Positions 35,519 through 48,600 of a DNA stretch of 64,000 nt are shown here, in pieces. The translations under genes and the position numbers were made by a program. The notes under the pieces are model-generated. The model made no database searches. It was not told where the DNA came from and saw only the letters and a program-made list of their open reading frames with translations. How positions within the stretch are numbered: position 1 is the stretch's first letter; every line of letters begins with the position of its first letter. Source of the stretch: Mytilus californianus. Lineage: Eukaryota. Location of the stretch: NCBI RefSeq assembly GCF_021869535.1, contig NW_026262679.1, forward strand, positions 89,528,001-89,592,000. The letters run 5' to 3'.

Positions 35519-36384
35519 TTTTTATACGCCCGTCAAATTTTTGACGGGATTATACAAATGTCCGGCGTCCGTCCGTCTGTCCGTCCGTCTGTCTGTCCGT
35601 CTGTCTGTCTGTCTGTCCATCTGTCTGTCCGGTGTAAACATGTCGCACCGTAACTTGAGAATGACTTATCCAAATTTCATGAAACTTAACATAGTTGTTT
35701 CTTATGATGGTCAAACGATCTGTATACTTTTTGGTGAAAATAAGATTAAAACTTTTTGAGTTACGGGACTTAGTAACTAAAACAGGCGTGTGTTTTTTTT
35801 CACATGTCGCGCCGTATCTCAAAAACAATTTATGATTATTGCTTAAAACTTTACACACTTCTTAGTTATATTAATCTTAAGATCTGTATACTTTTTGGTG
35901 ATGATTCAAAATTTTATTTTAGAGATATTGAGTATTTTGTTAAAAAAGAGGGAGGGGTTTTTCACATGTCGCGCCGTATCTCAAAAACAGTTTATGATTA
36001 TTGCTTAAAACTTTACACACTTCTTAGTTATATTAACCTTAAGATCTGTATACTTTTTGGTGATGATTCAAAATTTTATTTTTGAGTTATTGAGTATTTT
36101 GTAAAAAAAGGGGGAGGGGTTTTTGACATGTCGCGCCGTATCTCTAAAACGATTTATGATTATTGCTTAAAATTTTACACACTTCTTAGTTATATTAATC
36201 TAAAGATCTGTATACTTTTTGGTTTTGATTCAAAATTTTATTTTAGAGATATTGAGTTTTTTGTAAAAAAAAAAAGGGGGTTTTCGCATGTCACGCCGTA
36301 TGTCAGAAACTATTTATGCTTATTGCATAAAAATTCACACACAAGACAACGGGTGTATCATGCGCTCATGGCGCAGCTGTTTAT
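35519..36384 (+). mobile_element. Non-autonomous Helentron-type element (HINE) with 162-bp internal tandem array (~3.2 units)
   Basis: 5' tttatacgcccgtc and palindrome cccgtcaaatttttgacggg; (GTCC/GTCT)n microsatellite; units at 35804, 35966, 36128 and 36288; 3' acgggtgtat plus hairpin gcgctcatggcgc. Confidence 0.88.
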
Positions 36385-36990
36385 TCTATCTTGTCATTAA
36401 TATTTAGATATGAGCAACAGCTTTATTTTGCTACATAATGTATTTAACAAATATGTTGAATGTGTGTAAAATATTTTTTTTCGGTAAAGCTGTTGCTGAT
36501 ATATATTTTGATCAAATATATGCGGGAGATGGTCATTTAAGGTCAAAAACATAAATTTTGACATGATTATGACATCCTAGTGAATTTAAAAGTGACCTTT
36601 CTGACCCTAAGAGTCCAGATTAACTTAACCTATTGGTTTATCATTAAAATAAACATACTTGCAAATGGCTTGAATAAGTTTACTATTTTTGCAAATTCAG
36701 GGGCCAAATAATGTCTCTTATACCTCTTCCTTGTTCTGATTCAGGGCAATTCTTATCAATTATTTGATGGATTTCAATGATATTTTACACAAAGGTAGTA
36801 CATCTTACAAATATGTGCATGAAGCAAAATAACACCATACTTCATCTTACCGTAAGCAAGAGAAAACGTGATTCACAGTAACTTTTTATATGCATATTCA
36901 ATATTTGTAATTAGTTTTTGTAATTGACTTCTCAAGTACTATTTTGCAATTCTACAGTCATTTTTGATGTTTTAAATCTTTCTTTTTCAG

Positions 36991-37085
36991 TTAATAAACA
37001 GATTAATGATAAAGAGAGAATAGCTGCTGCAATGGAAAATCCAAATCTTCGTCAGTTGGTTGACAAATGTATTGCAGATGAGTGA
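36991..37085 (+). CDS. CIAO2A: CIAO2A exon 5 (last coding)
   Basis: tttcag|TT ... TGA; [31 protein letters not shown]. Total CDS is 567 nt = 188 aa. Confidence 0.95.
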
Positions 37086-37741
37086 TAACAGGAGATGATG
37101 ATTTCATTGAACTTTTTACTCAGGAATTGTGCCATCTTCAAAAGTTGTAGATGTTGGGTATTGTTATTCTCCAAAGCATTTCATGATAGAAGTTTTGATA
37201 ATTTAATTATATGTGATTTTGTATTTTGTGATCTCAGAATGGTTAATGGCAATGTCTTTTCTCATCATCAAGTCCCAGATAGTGATTAATATTTATTCAG
37301 TCAATTAGCCAGTGGTTTATGAAACCTGGGTTATGAAAAAGTCTTTAGAACGACTTTTACAGGGAGATAATAATATAGACGTGTCTTATGTTTATAATTA
37401 CATGTTAATATGATTTAGGGTGTTTTCTTTTAATTTTTTATTGATCTTTTTATATTCATATATATTTGTTTGTTTGATCCTTTTAAACTATGTATGAAAA
37501 TTTATATATATAAAAAATTTTAATTGTTAACAAAAATTTCGTTCCTGTACAATCCTAATCCTGTATTTGAAGATAGCTGCTGCCACTAGTAAATTTCTAC
37601 TTTGTTGATTGTTGTCAAATGCATATAAATTAGTTCTTATGATATGTTGTAATGCTTACAATAATTTTACCTTGTAGGTTTCTTAAATCGACTAATTTGA
37701 AGCAAAGGTCCTTCAGAGTAATGAATATTTTTTTTTTAATT

Positions 37742-37997
37742 GACCAAGGTGGCTGAATGGTTGAAGTAGTTCATCTACTGTATCACTAGCCTGTCAACAC
37801 TGAGGCTGTGAGTTCGAACCCCACATGTGGCAGGTGCTTTCGACTCCGATCTTAAGTGACTATGATTGCCAATTTTCCTGCCAAAGGCTGATAGTTCTCT
37901 CCAGGGCCTCTGTCTTCCTTCATCATTTAAAATGAACCGTCAATATATCTAATAGTGCTGAAAGAGTAGTTTAACACCAACAATCAAACAATCAATC
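37742..37997 (+). mobile_element. tRNA-derived SINE with V-domain-like core and (CAAT)n tail
   Basis: A box tggctgaatgg, B box gagttcgaaccc, core ttctctccagggcctctgtcttcct, tail caatcaaacaatcaatc. Confidence 0.7.
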
Positions 37998-39386
37998 TTC
38001 ATTTGCCCTTTTGAAATACTTGAAAGCATGCCTACATTGCATTCTAGCAAATTGAATGTGATATTTTCTGGTATTTAAACATTTTAGAACATTTTGCATT
38101 TATTGCAGTATGTGAGAGGTCTTCACTGTGCATACTCCAAAATCTTACTAATGATTTATACCAGTAATATCTTAATTTGAAGGTTTTGATTTTAATATGT
38201 ATATGTTGGCTTACATTATAATTTCACTGTTATGAATATTATGGCTCAGGAAAAGAGTAGTATTTGTGAATGTTAGTCACAAAAAAGATGTATTCCAAAT
38301 AAAACAAAATTAACAAATTGTGTGAAAAACAGTTAAACATGAGGTTATTATTCTCAAACTCAGCCATTCCACACATAGTTTGAAGTAATTATATCATATT
38401 CACCGTTAGAAATTTTGAACTTAGAAACTCATGTTTCGTTGTGTTACATTTTTGAACACTGGAAAAAAATGCAAGATTAACTATTTTAAATTGAAAAAAT
38501 GTTTCATACAAATAAGGCAATCAAACTGTAAAATGCGATATTTTATTTTCTCTAAACTTATGCCATTGCAATTTATATGATGGTAAAAACAACACAAAAA
38601 TGTCTTTTTGCAATATTAAGTCTAATTTCCAGTTTTATTGGAATTATTTTTATGATATGATTTTTTAAATAAAAGTTATGATGTTATATTATTATCTTTA
38701 AGTTATTACACTAGCAATAAGTTATTATTTTTTTTTTAATTAAAGCAACAAAAAAACCAACATGAAAATGAAAAATACATGAATAAAAAAAAACAGTCAC
38801 CTTTAAATACAGTTTTCATAATAAGATTCCAGCTTTTGTCTGTTGACAATTTCATATATTTATTAAAAATTAACTATTAGTTTCTGAATTTTTTGTATTA
38901 CATGGAAATTCATACAAGAATGATATACACAATATATAAAACAAAAACAAAAATGAAAATAATGTATTGTACAAAACAAATGTATTATCAAAAGTTAATT
39001 TATATGTATAGGTATACAAAATTAAAGAAAGTGATCTATTAATGTTATTACTTATTCCATGTACATACTAGTATTATATGATAAATTCTGATAGTATCAC
39101 AGTGTGTAAGAAGCTGTATATGTATGTTAAGTATTGTTGATCTAAATATTTCTGTAGTGTTTCAGTGGTCTGCAGGTTTGGTTTTGTTTCGCTGAACAAA
39201 ACATTGCAAGTCCCACTTGGGACGCTAATTTTAAGACTCTCAAGGATTATCTTCTTTGCTTATCCCTTGGACCTTGATGATTTTACAAACATTAAATCAA
39301 TCTGTGCAAAGTTAAGCTGAGATTAATCAAAAACAAAAGTGGTGTATTCTCTACATTCAATAGAGAGTTGGGGCCAATTTAGTCCG

Positions 39387-39668
39387 TTTTTTATGCCCCA
39401 CCTAGGGGCATTATGTTTTTTGGTCTGTCCATTCATCCGTCCATTCGTCCGTCTGTCCCGCTTCAGGTTAAAGTTTTTGGTCAATGTAGTTTTTGATGAA
39501 GTTGAAGTCCAATCAACTTGAAACTTAGTACACATGTTCCCTATGATATGATCTTTCTAATTTTAATGCCAAATTAGAATTTTGACCCCAGATTCACGGT
39601 CCACTGAACATAGAAAATGATAGTGCCAGTGGGGCAGCCATGTACTATGGACACATTCTTGGTTTTTT
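39387..39668 (+). mobile_element. Short HINE-type element
   Basis: 5' tttatgccccac-taggggca hairpin, (GTCC)n, 3' gtggggca sub-TIR followed by a short hairpin and a T-run. Confidence 0.75.
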
Positions 39669-40928
39669 TCACACCAGTACCATTTTCAAAAAGTCTATCA
39701 ATCTGTACATAAGTTCATAGTAGCATAGCCCAGTGTGTGTACTTTAAGGTTCTTACAGTATAATGTCTAATTTCTAAACATATTTTAAGTATATGGTGCA
39801 GACTCTTAATTCCTCTAGGATTTGAAAAATTTTACGAGTGAAAATGATACTTGGAAATTGGCCTTACCTCTTTTAAACACAACAACTATAAAAGCTGTCA
39901 TAGGTTACTGAAATTCGTCATTGGTATGGCATAACAAAAGGAGAAGAGATAATTTTCCCCCAAATTTTTGAAGAAGGAGGAGAAGCAAGACTGGCACTTT
40001 GAGCAAAAATCATCATCAAGACGACACTCAAATAAGTCAACTTGAACAACATTGTCAAATCTTCTTGAAGGAGTGTAATATTACCCTTAAATGACCATTT
40101 TAACCCATTATTTTTTATATTTTCATGAAAAATATTATTGAAAAGAGGATAGAGTCAAAAGGTTCAGCTAGATAAGATGTAAAAAAAAGCAAACATAACT
40201 GATTGCAATAAAGGTGAAATAAATATCAAAATGGAATATAGTTTCCATGTGAGTGATTTATGCTGTGATGAATCTATTATGATATGGCTTTAATCAACTT
40301 TAAAAATTGGATCAAAGGACTCAATTTTGCCCCTTATAGCAACCACTTAACTAATTGAAACCAGACTTGTAAGCAATTTTAATGAAGGTACTTCACAAGT
40401 GCTATTACATTTCAAAATGGCCACAAGCAGAGGGCTAGTTGGATTTTAACATGATGAACAGATAAAATGAATGGAACACAAATTCTGCAGAAATATACTT
40501 ACTAAGTGTTGTTACTTTGGTCCTGATAAAAAGTCAGTGTGGGCCGAATGCAAGCCTGAATATGCATGAAATAACTGCCACTGGACATTAAGAAAGCAAC
40601 AATTAATCAACCAATAAATGAGGCAAATAAGGGTAAAATTGATCAGATTTTAAAATATCCTTTCCTGAAGATCTACTGATCCATTGAAATGAAATTTGCC
40701 AAGGATGTTCCTGTAAAGTTCATTGACAAGTAATTTTACCTAGGTATATTCCTGTGATGGTCTTTTACAAGAATTGTCATTTAAATGCCATTCGGAAATT
40801 CAATATGCTATCCAATGGAGGTCACATTTTACACTGAAACCAAATGAAAAAAAAACATGTTTCTCTTTTCAAGAACTGATTAAATGACATAAAATCAGAA
40901 CATCAAGAAAGTACCTACCAAGTGTTTC

Positions 40929-41117
40929 TTTGGAGCACCTGAGAACATCCTCAGTTTTTGGTGAGGTCCGTGTTGCTCAGTCTTTAGTTTTCCATGTTGT
41001 GTTTTATGTAATGTTGTTTCTCTTTTCGTCGTTTTTTCGTTTTTTTTACCATTACAGTGTCAGTTTGTTTTCGATTTATGAGTTTGAATATCCCTTTGGT
41101 ATCTTTCGCATCTCTTT
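40929..41117 (+). mobile_element. Penelope-like element 3' region fragment
   Basis: ggagcacctgag...cagtttttggtg-ggt-cgtgttgct-agtctttagtttt...gagtttga-t-tccct-tggtatctttcg-c-ctcttt, same sequence as the reverse complement of 7959-8150. Confidence 0.75.
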
Positions 41118-41899
41118 GGACCTGATGAAAATATTGATATGGCTATAAGGTTCCAAATGGCGTATATTGATCTAATTTTAAAGAGCATCTTCAGATGAAG
41201 AGTAATTAAAGCAAACCAAGCAGAAAGGTCAGAGGATTCAGCTTCCAGTGAGCCTCTAATATTTTGTTATTGTTATGGTTTTGGTTTTGTTGTTTTTGTT
41301 ATGTTTTGCCCATCAAGTCCGATAAAAGGACAGAAGACGTCAGAGCAATCTCGGACTACCTTGAAGTGGATGAATCAATCAGATCCACGTGTCTGCTATT
41401 AGTCTGAAATCCTGACCTAACCTCTGCTTCGTGTTGGCTTCTTCCGAGCATTGATCCAAGCTCCCAGAGTAGAGTAATCTAAAATGGTCAACTGTCCAAA
41501 CAAATTTTGCCTTTTGGCATCAATCCAGTTATATATATCATGGGAAAAACAACTCCACGTTTCCTAGCTGTAAATAGTCGATGAGACAATATTTATGCGA
41601 AAAAAGCGAAAGTCTATCACGTTTCTAGAACAGGTTACCCAAATGTTACCGACCTACTAAACTTTTGTATGAAAAGATATACTAGTAAATTTATAATTGG
41701 GGATTTGTTCCTTTTAACATATGTAATGACAACCCAATTATTTTAATGTTGACCACCCGCCTATCAAGGCCGTTGACATGTTCATCAGGTTAAATTCTTG
41801 AGGAAACTAGTTAGGATTTTACAAACAATTTTTCATCGAACAAGATTTCATTCAATGTGCTTCGACGCCAAATAACAGATTATCTGTATTAATATATTA

Positions 41900-42107
41900 A
41901 AGCTGGAACTTTACCAAGAACAAATGAATGTTCTTCATAATAGGGTCTCTCAAGCTGGAACTTTACCAAGAACAAATGAATGTTCTTCATAATAGGGTCT
42001 CTCAAGCTGGAACTTTACCAAGAACAAATGAATGTTCTTCATAATAGGGTCTCTCAAGCTGGAACTTTACCAAGGACAAATGAATGTTCTTCCTAATAGG
42101 GTCCCTC
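41900..42107 (+). repeat. Minisatellite, 52 bp x 4
   Basis: aagctggaactttaccaagaacaaatgaatgttcttcataatagggtctctc at 41900, 41952, 42004 and 42056. Confidence 0.95.
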
Positions 42108-42421
42108 GAGTGGTAAATAATTAAATGTTCCAGATGAAGTCCACTTCTACCCGTCATGGACAATCAAAACTATTATTCATTGCGATGAGGTAACAATGAA
42201 TCTATAAAAAAAATATCGCTATACAGAAAAGATGAATAAATGAAATCCGAAACATGTAGAGTATGAGACATGTCTCTTGTGTAATATAATATGTATTGAA
42301 ATGGTCATATGCTAGAACATAAATATGTTTTAAAAAGAAGTTCAGTTTTGAATATAATCGATTTGTCTTGAAAATATATAGTGATACTGACCAAACTTCC
42401 AGCACGGACCGAAGCTCATAA

Positions 42422-42717
42422 GGGAGCTACCATTTGATTTTTATGGGGGCTAGGATGAAAAATTTTGTCCTGCATTTTTTTGTAGTTGTAATCTCTGCCC
42501 TGCCTTTTTATTTTTCACTCTATTCGGTCCTGCCTTTTTTTTTTTATTAATTTATCCTTACTTTTTTAACATAAATTGTCATCCTGTCTTCTTTTTTTGC
42601 CAAGTCGCTCATCTTGCCTTCTTTTTTACTCAAAACTCCTGCCCTGCCTTTTTTTCAAATTTCATCCTAGCCCCCCCCCCCCCCCCCCCCCCCCCTAAAA
42701 ATTAAATGGTAGCTCCC
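42422..42717. mobile_element. MITE with GG termini and TTAA-like target (Kolobok-like)
   Basis: TIRs gggagctaccatttgatttttatggggg-ctaggatgaa / ttcatcctagccccc...taaaaattaaatggtagctccc; flanks ATAA/TAAA; internal tcctgccttttt repeats. Confidence 0.75.
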
Positions 42718-43112
42718 TAAACTCATCAATTCATCAATTAATGTAAACGCAAATCTACAGGAATATTCGTAGAGCCGGTAATCTTGCTTCAGAAGTTGGG
42801 TACTGACCTGATATACACTGATAGGTTTATTTAACCTCAAGTGCTTCTTTCTAAGTGAAAGTCTTGTAACAATACTTTGAAAACTTTAGACATATATATC
42901 ACGTAATCGATTTTTTTTTTCCGGAAATTTTCCCACTGAAATCAAAGACTATACCTATGTATAATTGGAAGTTGAAAATATAGAATGAAAGACGTTTAGT
43001 TCCCGACAACACATAAAACTAGACAACACGATAATAAAGATGGAAGAAACACAAGCAGAGACATTATATTATTTTGTTGTTATTAAAAACATGACTGTTT
43101 ATAATAATAGTT

Positions 43113-43251
43113 AGAATTGGATATCGCTTGATATCAATTGGAGTTATTTAATTTAATTTCAATATAATAAGAAACGCCGGAGCCTTCGGCGAGTTTGTTA
43201 TTACTATTTAAATTAAATAACGATATTTGACATCAAGCAATATTCAATTCT
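43113..43251. repeat. Imperfect long palindrome with gccg-gagcctt-cggc centre
   Basis: Arms agaattggatatcgcttgatatcaa...gttatttaatttaa / ttaaattaaataac...tgacatcaagcaatattcaattct. Confidence 0.7.
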
Positions 43252-45588
43252 GACGAGTTGAGAAACCTATCTCTCTTATGGTAAACATTTTCTTTGTGTT
43301 CAATAGAAATTCCGCGGCTTGTTGGTCTAGTCTATTACAGATACCCAAATGTCTTCAAACTTAAACATAAGACTTTTCAAAACTTTTTGCACGCTTCAGA
43401 ATGTAATAAAATTTGACAAAAAAACAAATGTTCATGTGAAAAGTGAGAGGGTTTTGTATTTTATCGAACAAATCACATACAATTTTTGTATCACTTATTC
43501 GTATTACACTCCGTGCGGTATGATGCGAGAAATAGATAACAGGCCACAACCATAAGAGAATAGAAGTTAAGAGATAAAATGTTACGTAACTTTGCCGGAT
43601 TCTGAAGGTGTCTTACGCATTGGTAGGAACGTTAGGAAACTGCATGCAAAGGTCACAAATTCACATCACCTTTCGTTTGGTTTTCACAATCGAATCTACA
43701 CTAAGGATCACTAAGGACAAACATATTTTTCACTCAAGAGCTGTGAACCAGATCGTTGAACAACTATCAGCGACATTAACATATATTGGTATTATACGTC
43801 TTTGCAACTATATATGCCACAAGATATGGCGAAGTTTGTGTTGTGTTACAAATGTGTGATACACTCCAAAACTTCATTCAGATTAAATTTGAAATCGAAA
43901 GGCACGATGCCGTTAGGTATTTTAAAACCGTTGACTTTCCATAGACAAAATGCCTATCGACTTTAGTAGATATGGGGGAAGTTCGTGATTTGCTATGGGA
44001 ATAACTTAAAATCGTTTAGATTAAAAAAAAACAACAACAAGATACGATTCATTATGCGATGAGGTATATAAAATTCTCTGAATTGCTCTGCAATCCACAC
44101 AAAACACACTGCATGTATTATTTTTCTGTATGCAGTGTGTGTCACGGGAACTTACCAACACCCCGTTTATACATATGAAGCTACATGTATAATTCCAAGC
44201 CAAGAAATCGAACTCCTTTGAAATTAAGTTACTAAAGGCTTTAAATGATTTTTAAAAAAATCCTTTATTGGATAATCACACCTGTAAATGAATTTCCTTT
44301 ACTTTTTTACTTGAATTGACGTAACTCATTATATTAACATTGTTAAATGTTTTAATATATTGACAGTTCAAGATGGGAAACTATATTATATATCAGTTAT
44401 ATCCTCTTCCCAGGTTCAAGTGATATTGAGTATAAAATCAGTATTTAAAAAAATAGTTCAAAATATGTGGGAAAATGTATATCACCCATAGGACTATCGG
44501 GAAAACTCTGAAAATGTATGCATTTAAGGAAAGAAATTAACAGATATTCTCCAGAATAAATATTTTTTGGTGATTTCTGTTATCCTTTTTATGCGTTATC
44601 CCTATACTGACGATTCTTTATTAGAATGGCTACTGCTAAATAAATGTCCGTTGATGTTACCATATAACTCAAGTCCGTTGATCTGTGTTTCTATGTAGCT
44701 TAATATTCTACGTTTCTGTGTGGTTTCATTGGAGAAGTTATTTGATCGAGTAGCCTGCGGGTGCGTTGAAAATAATTTGAAAATGTAGCTACAAATATTG
44801 TCGAATTTAAATTTTCTAGTTTTCATAATTACTTGTTGCAAATTGTATTTAGTAGCTAGCAAAATGCTTCAACATTGCAAAAAAGAACAACCACAAATGC
44901 AAGAGTCAAATGTTTGCAACCTCTGGAAAAAATGAAAGGCGACAGGAGACACCTTGAAATCTTAATTACATGCAGTCTCTCAGAAAAAAAATACATCACA
45001 TAACAAGAGCACTAAATATACTATGTGATCCGTGTAAACTTGTCGCACCTTTAAACAAACTTATTAGTAAAGGTTATCTTATTAATGTTGTAATAAGATC
45101 TTTGAATATTGTTATAAATAAGAAGATATGGCATAAGTTCCAATGAGACAACTATCCATCCAGGTCACAATGTGTAAAAATTAAACAATTATGTCTATAA
45201 CTAGGAATACAAGAGCCATTCCCCCCTCCCCCGCCCTTAATCCTTACCCTAGCTGGTGGTATTTTTTTCTCATCGTTTAAACTTTTTATAAGCGATGAAT
45301 ATAAAGAAGACAAAATCGAGAAGAAACTGTTGCATGTGTTGTGTGTATCGGCACCATTATTCTCTTTAGAATTAGTTTATCATACTTATATGAATACAAG
45401 ATTTTATTCTTCAGAATAAACAGAAAAAACTAAGTAAATTTGCATGGATTCCATAACAAAACTTTTTTAACATCTGGCACTTTTTTTTCTTGTTTCCAGA
45501 TTATGAAAGATAGATCCTTAAAGTTTCTACATAAATAAACATTTGGCAGTCTTATAGAAAAAGTTAACTTCGCAACATTTATCGAAAC

Positions 45589-45688
45589 TTAACTCTAAAC
45601 GGAGCAGTCAACGCAAAGAAAGTTACTCATCAACTGATTTAACTCTAAACGGAGTAAACAACGCAAAGAAAGTTACTCATCAACTGAC
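45589..45688 (+). repeat. Tandem duplication, 50 bp x 2
   Basis: ttaactctaaacggag----caacgcaaagaaagttactcatcaactga occurs twice. Confidence 0.85.
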
Positions 45689-48600
45689 CATTTTCTAATT
45701 GATATGCACATACTTGAAAATTACTCATGTTAAAATGTTTTAATAATTAGAATGTAAATGTTACTTTTGGTAATGGTTCGAATTAACTGTTATGTTTTAC
45801 AATCACCATAGTATTTCCAGGGGAAAAAAACAGATAGGGCGATGCCTCTGTTAACATTTTGTTCTTACACAATTGACGAGTTCTTTGATTTCTAGTGTAT
45901 GTCCTGGCTTTAACTATTTGTATTATATAGTGATTTGCATGAACCTTTTAATTTTGACACATGTGTATTTCATTATGCCATATATTGTACAAATTGTAAA
46001 AATACAAAATTTGCAAAATATCTTCATATGTTTCTTCTCTAGCTCCAGATCAACGGACTCATATTCAGATCATGAGATATTTCTCTTAAGTAACTCCATA
46101 CAAGTGTTGACAAGCTAATGATGCCCTTGACCAAGAATACCAAACTGCACATATGTTTTGTACTCACGTTCAAGATACATTCTTTAAACAAATTATACTA
46201 TTAGTTTAATGTATTTTGTTTACATGTATAGTTGCATTTGTGAACTAGTATATATCAACTGTTATTATCATTATTGATAAAGAAATAGGACAGAGATATG
46301 TTGTGGAATGTTGACTTACGGTCAAACCATATAAATCACGCATGTTCCCTTGATTTGTCTCTTTTCATTCGGGACAAGCTCCGCTTCGGACCAGAATCCA
46401 ACAGTCTGTTTTCAGCTTTTTTACCTGGTAAGCAATAAACAATTAATTTAGAATAAAATTATGTATGTCACAGCAATTTTTAATACTCATATAGTAAATA
46501 AAGAATTAATAACCTTTTTTAAGTTTTCCTTATATATTGCTTGTAAGTCGATACATTTCCCCTCAAAATTAAACTCTTTTGTATCCGATTTTCATACAAA
46601 AAAGGTCAAATTTGTTAGAATATTTTTTTTTCTTTCAAATTCCTGGTTTAATATTACTATAACCATATTCAAATTTTTATGTATAGATGATTAAGTTTAT
46701 ATTCAATTACATATTGTGAATTCTCAACACATTTCAGCAAAAACTTATAATACAATATTATATGCACAGGCACTTGTCTCAGAAAAAAATATGTACTTCA
46801 GATACAATTGTCTGTGATTATATGTCAGTGTATAAATATATCAACGTCCAAACAACCGCCACAAATTCCTTACTAGAGTTTAGGTTGTCTTGCAAATCTC
46901 TTTGAAATAACTAAAAATCCTGCTATTGCGTTCTGAAAACAACTAAAAAAACATTTGTTTGTTCATAATATTGATTTTTAACTCTAATTGAAAAAGAAAA
47001 CACACTGTTATATCAACCTTTTAACTCTTATTTTAAATTAACGAAATTTAAAACTTATTTGCGGATTTGTAACTCATATTTACAGTATCGTAAATAACAT
47101 TTACACAATGTGAGATCTCGTGATAATGATTCCCACAAATTGTTATATGTTTAGTGTTGGAACAAAAACATATTTGTGGAGTGAAACCAAACCGACATGT
47201 ATATTTCGAAAAACTTAAAATTTACACACCTGTGCATGTATTGTTCGAAAAATAAGTTATAGATAAATGAAAATAGGATAAGAAAGGAGTTTTATGTATT
47301 GTTTTGATGATTTAAATTTTTGAGAAAATTTATGAAAATTTTCCCATAAACTTAATTTTCCCTTGATAAGTAAATTGATAATTTGATATTGCTACACAAA
47401 TTAAGTTTTGTCTTACTATGAAATTGCTGTAAAACAAAGCCGTTGTGTGAGGATTTTATAAATCGCTAAAAAATACCTTTACACTCGGCATAAAAAAATT
47501 AAAATTTTATTTTGAAATTTTTTACTTTAAAATACAGTCTGCAAGCTGAATCTCAGCTGCAAGTGATGAAATGATGATTACATTTTTTTTATCTTTTACT
47601 TCGTAAAAAAAAAGAACCTGTCAACATGTCATACCTTTCATTTTTGTGATGAGTGTTCTTGTAAATTATACATTCAGAAAAGCGCCTCGGATGCACCAAA
47701 TTTATACCTAGTGTTATTTTTATATTCTAGTTACGGTGAGATGACACTGCTAGTGAACTGTAAGTCCCCGGCGTAGCATTAGCCCCTTTAGTCAGTGCAT
47801 CTGCTCTGAGATTATTTCTAACACACATTCGGCTTAAATTTTCCGTTGATAAAGTTGGAAATTAATTATAGATACATCCTAGGACATACTATTGACTGTA
47901 TACTATTCCCAGATACATCAGATAACACAGAAAAAGAGAGAGAGAAAATAAATTTCAGGAACTATCATATTTATACTCCCGGTCTGTCTGGACCAACTTG
48001 TTCATCCTTTGCTTGATTCAGTTAATACTTGATAACAATTGATCATTACATGTACAAATTTCAATGTGATGGATTTTTTTCAGTATTCTGTTTAGTTTTT
48101 CAAGTTATGACTCTTTTCAGAATCAATCGTGGCATCGAAACTCTTCCTACATGATGGTTTATCGTACCCTTTGTTACACTCATGATATGCAGATGTGCAT
48201 ATGGGTAGGAAGTTCCCATCCATTGAAATGATAAGAGTTATGCCATTTTGGCTCTGTTAGATCCTAATTGTTATTAGGCTATATCTTTTATAGAGTGAAA
48301 CTTTATATATTGTTAGATCCTCATATGCAAATAATGCATGTATGTAGGATGTCAAAATCGCAAAAGATTGGTTTGCCACGATTTGTTTATATTTGTTCAA
48401 ATATCAAAAGTTATAACGAAATAATTGCTCGGAAAGTTTGTACGGAATCTTAATCGGAAAATTGCCTTATATAAGAGACTTATGTAAGACTTATGTAATA
48501 CATATATTGCATTATATGTCTAGTCTGCTTATAAATAGTTTACCGTGTCTTTTAAAAGGCGTTTATAGTCGACTTCTAAAAAACGCCTTTAAAGTGACAG

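Noticed and set aside
35418-36400. ORFs 35418-35759, 35550-35858, 35804-36085 and 36128-36400
   Set aside because: Generated by the HINE microsatellite and the 162-bp repeat.
39869-40090. Coding-looking island with a signal-peptide-like minus-strand frame (MLFKLTYLSVVLMMIFAQSASLA...)
   Set aside because: All frames stop before the nearby donor and no family is recognised; insufficient support for a gene.
41422-41563. Minus-strand exon-like segment ETWSCFSHDIYNWIDAKRQ...GAWINARKKPTRSR, reminiscent of the TALE homeodomain WFINARRR
   Set aside because: No helix 1/2 homeodomain residues, a weak donor, and no compatible neighbouring exons found by eye; needs RNA evidence.
46336-46424. Minus-strand candidate terminal exon (G)KKAENRLLDSGPKRSLSRMKRDKSREHA* with dibasic sites
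   Set aside because: Only 89 nt, with no upstream exon or signal peptide identified; compatible with chance.
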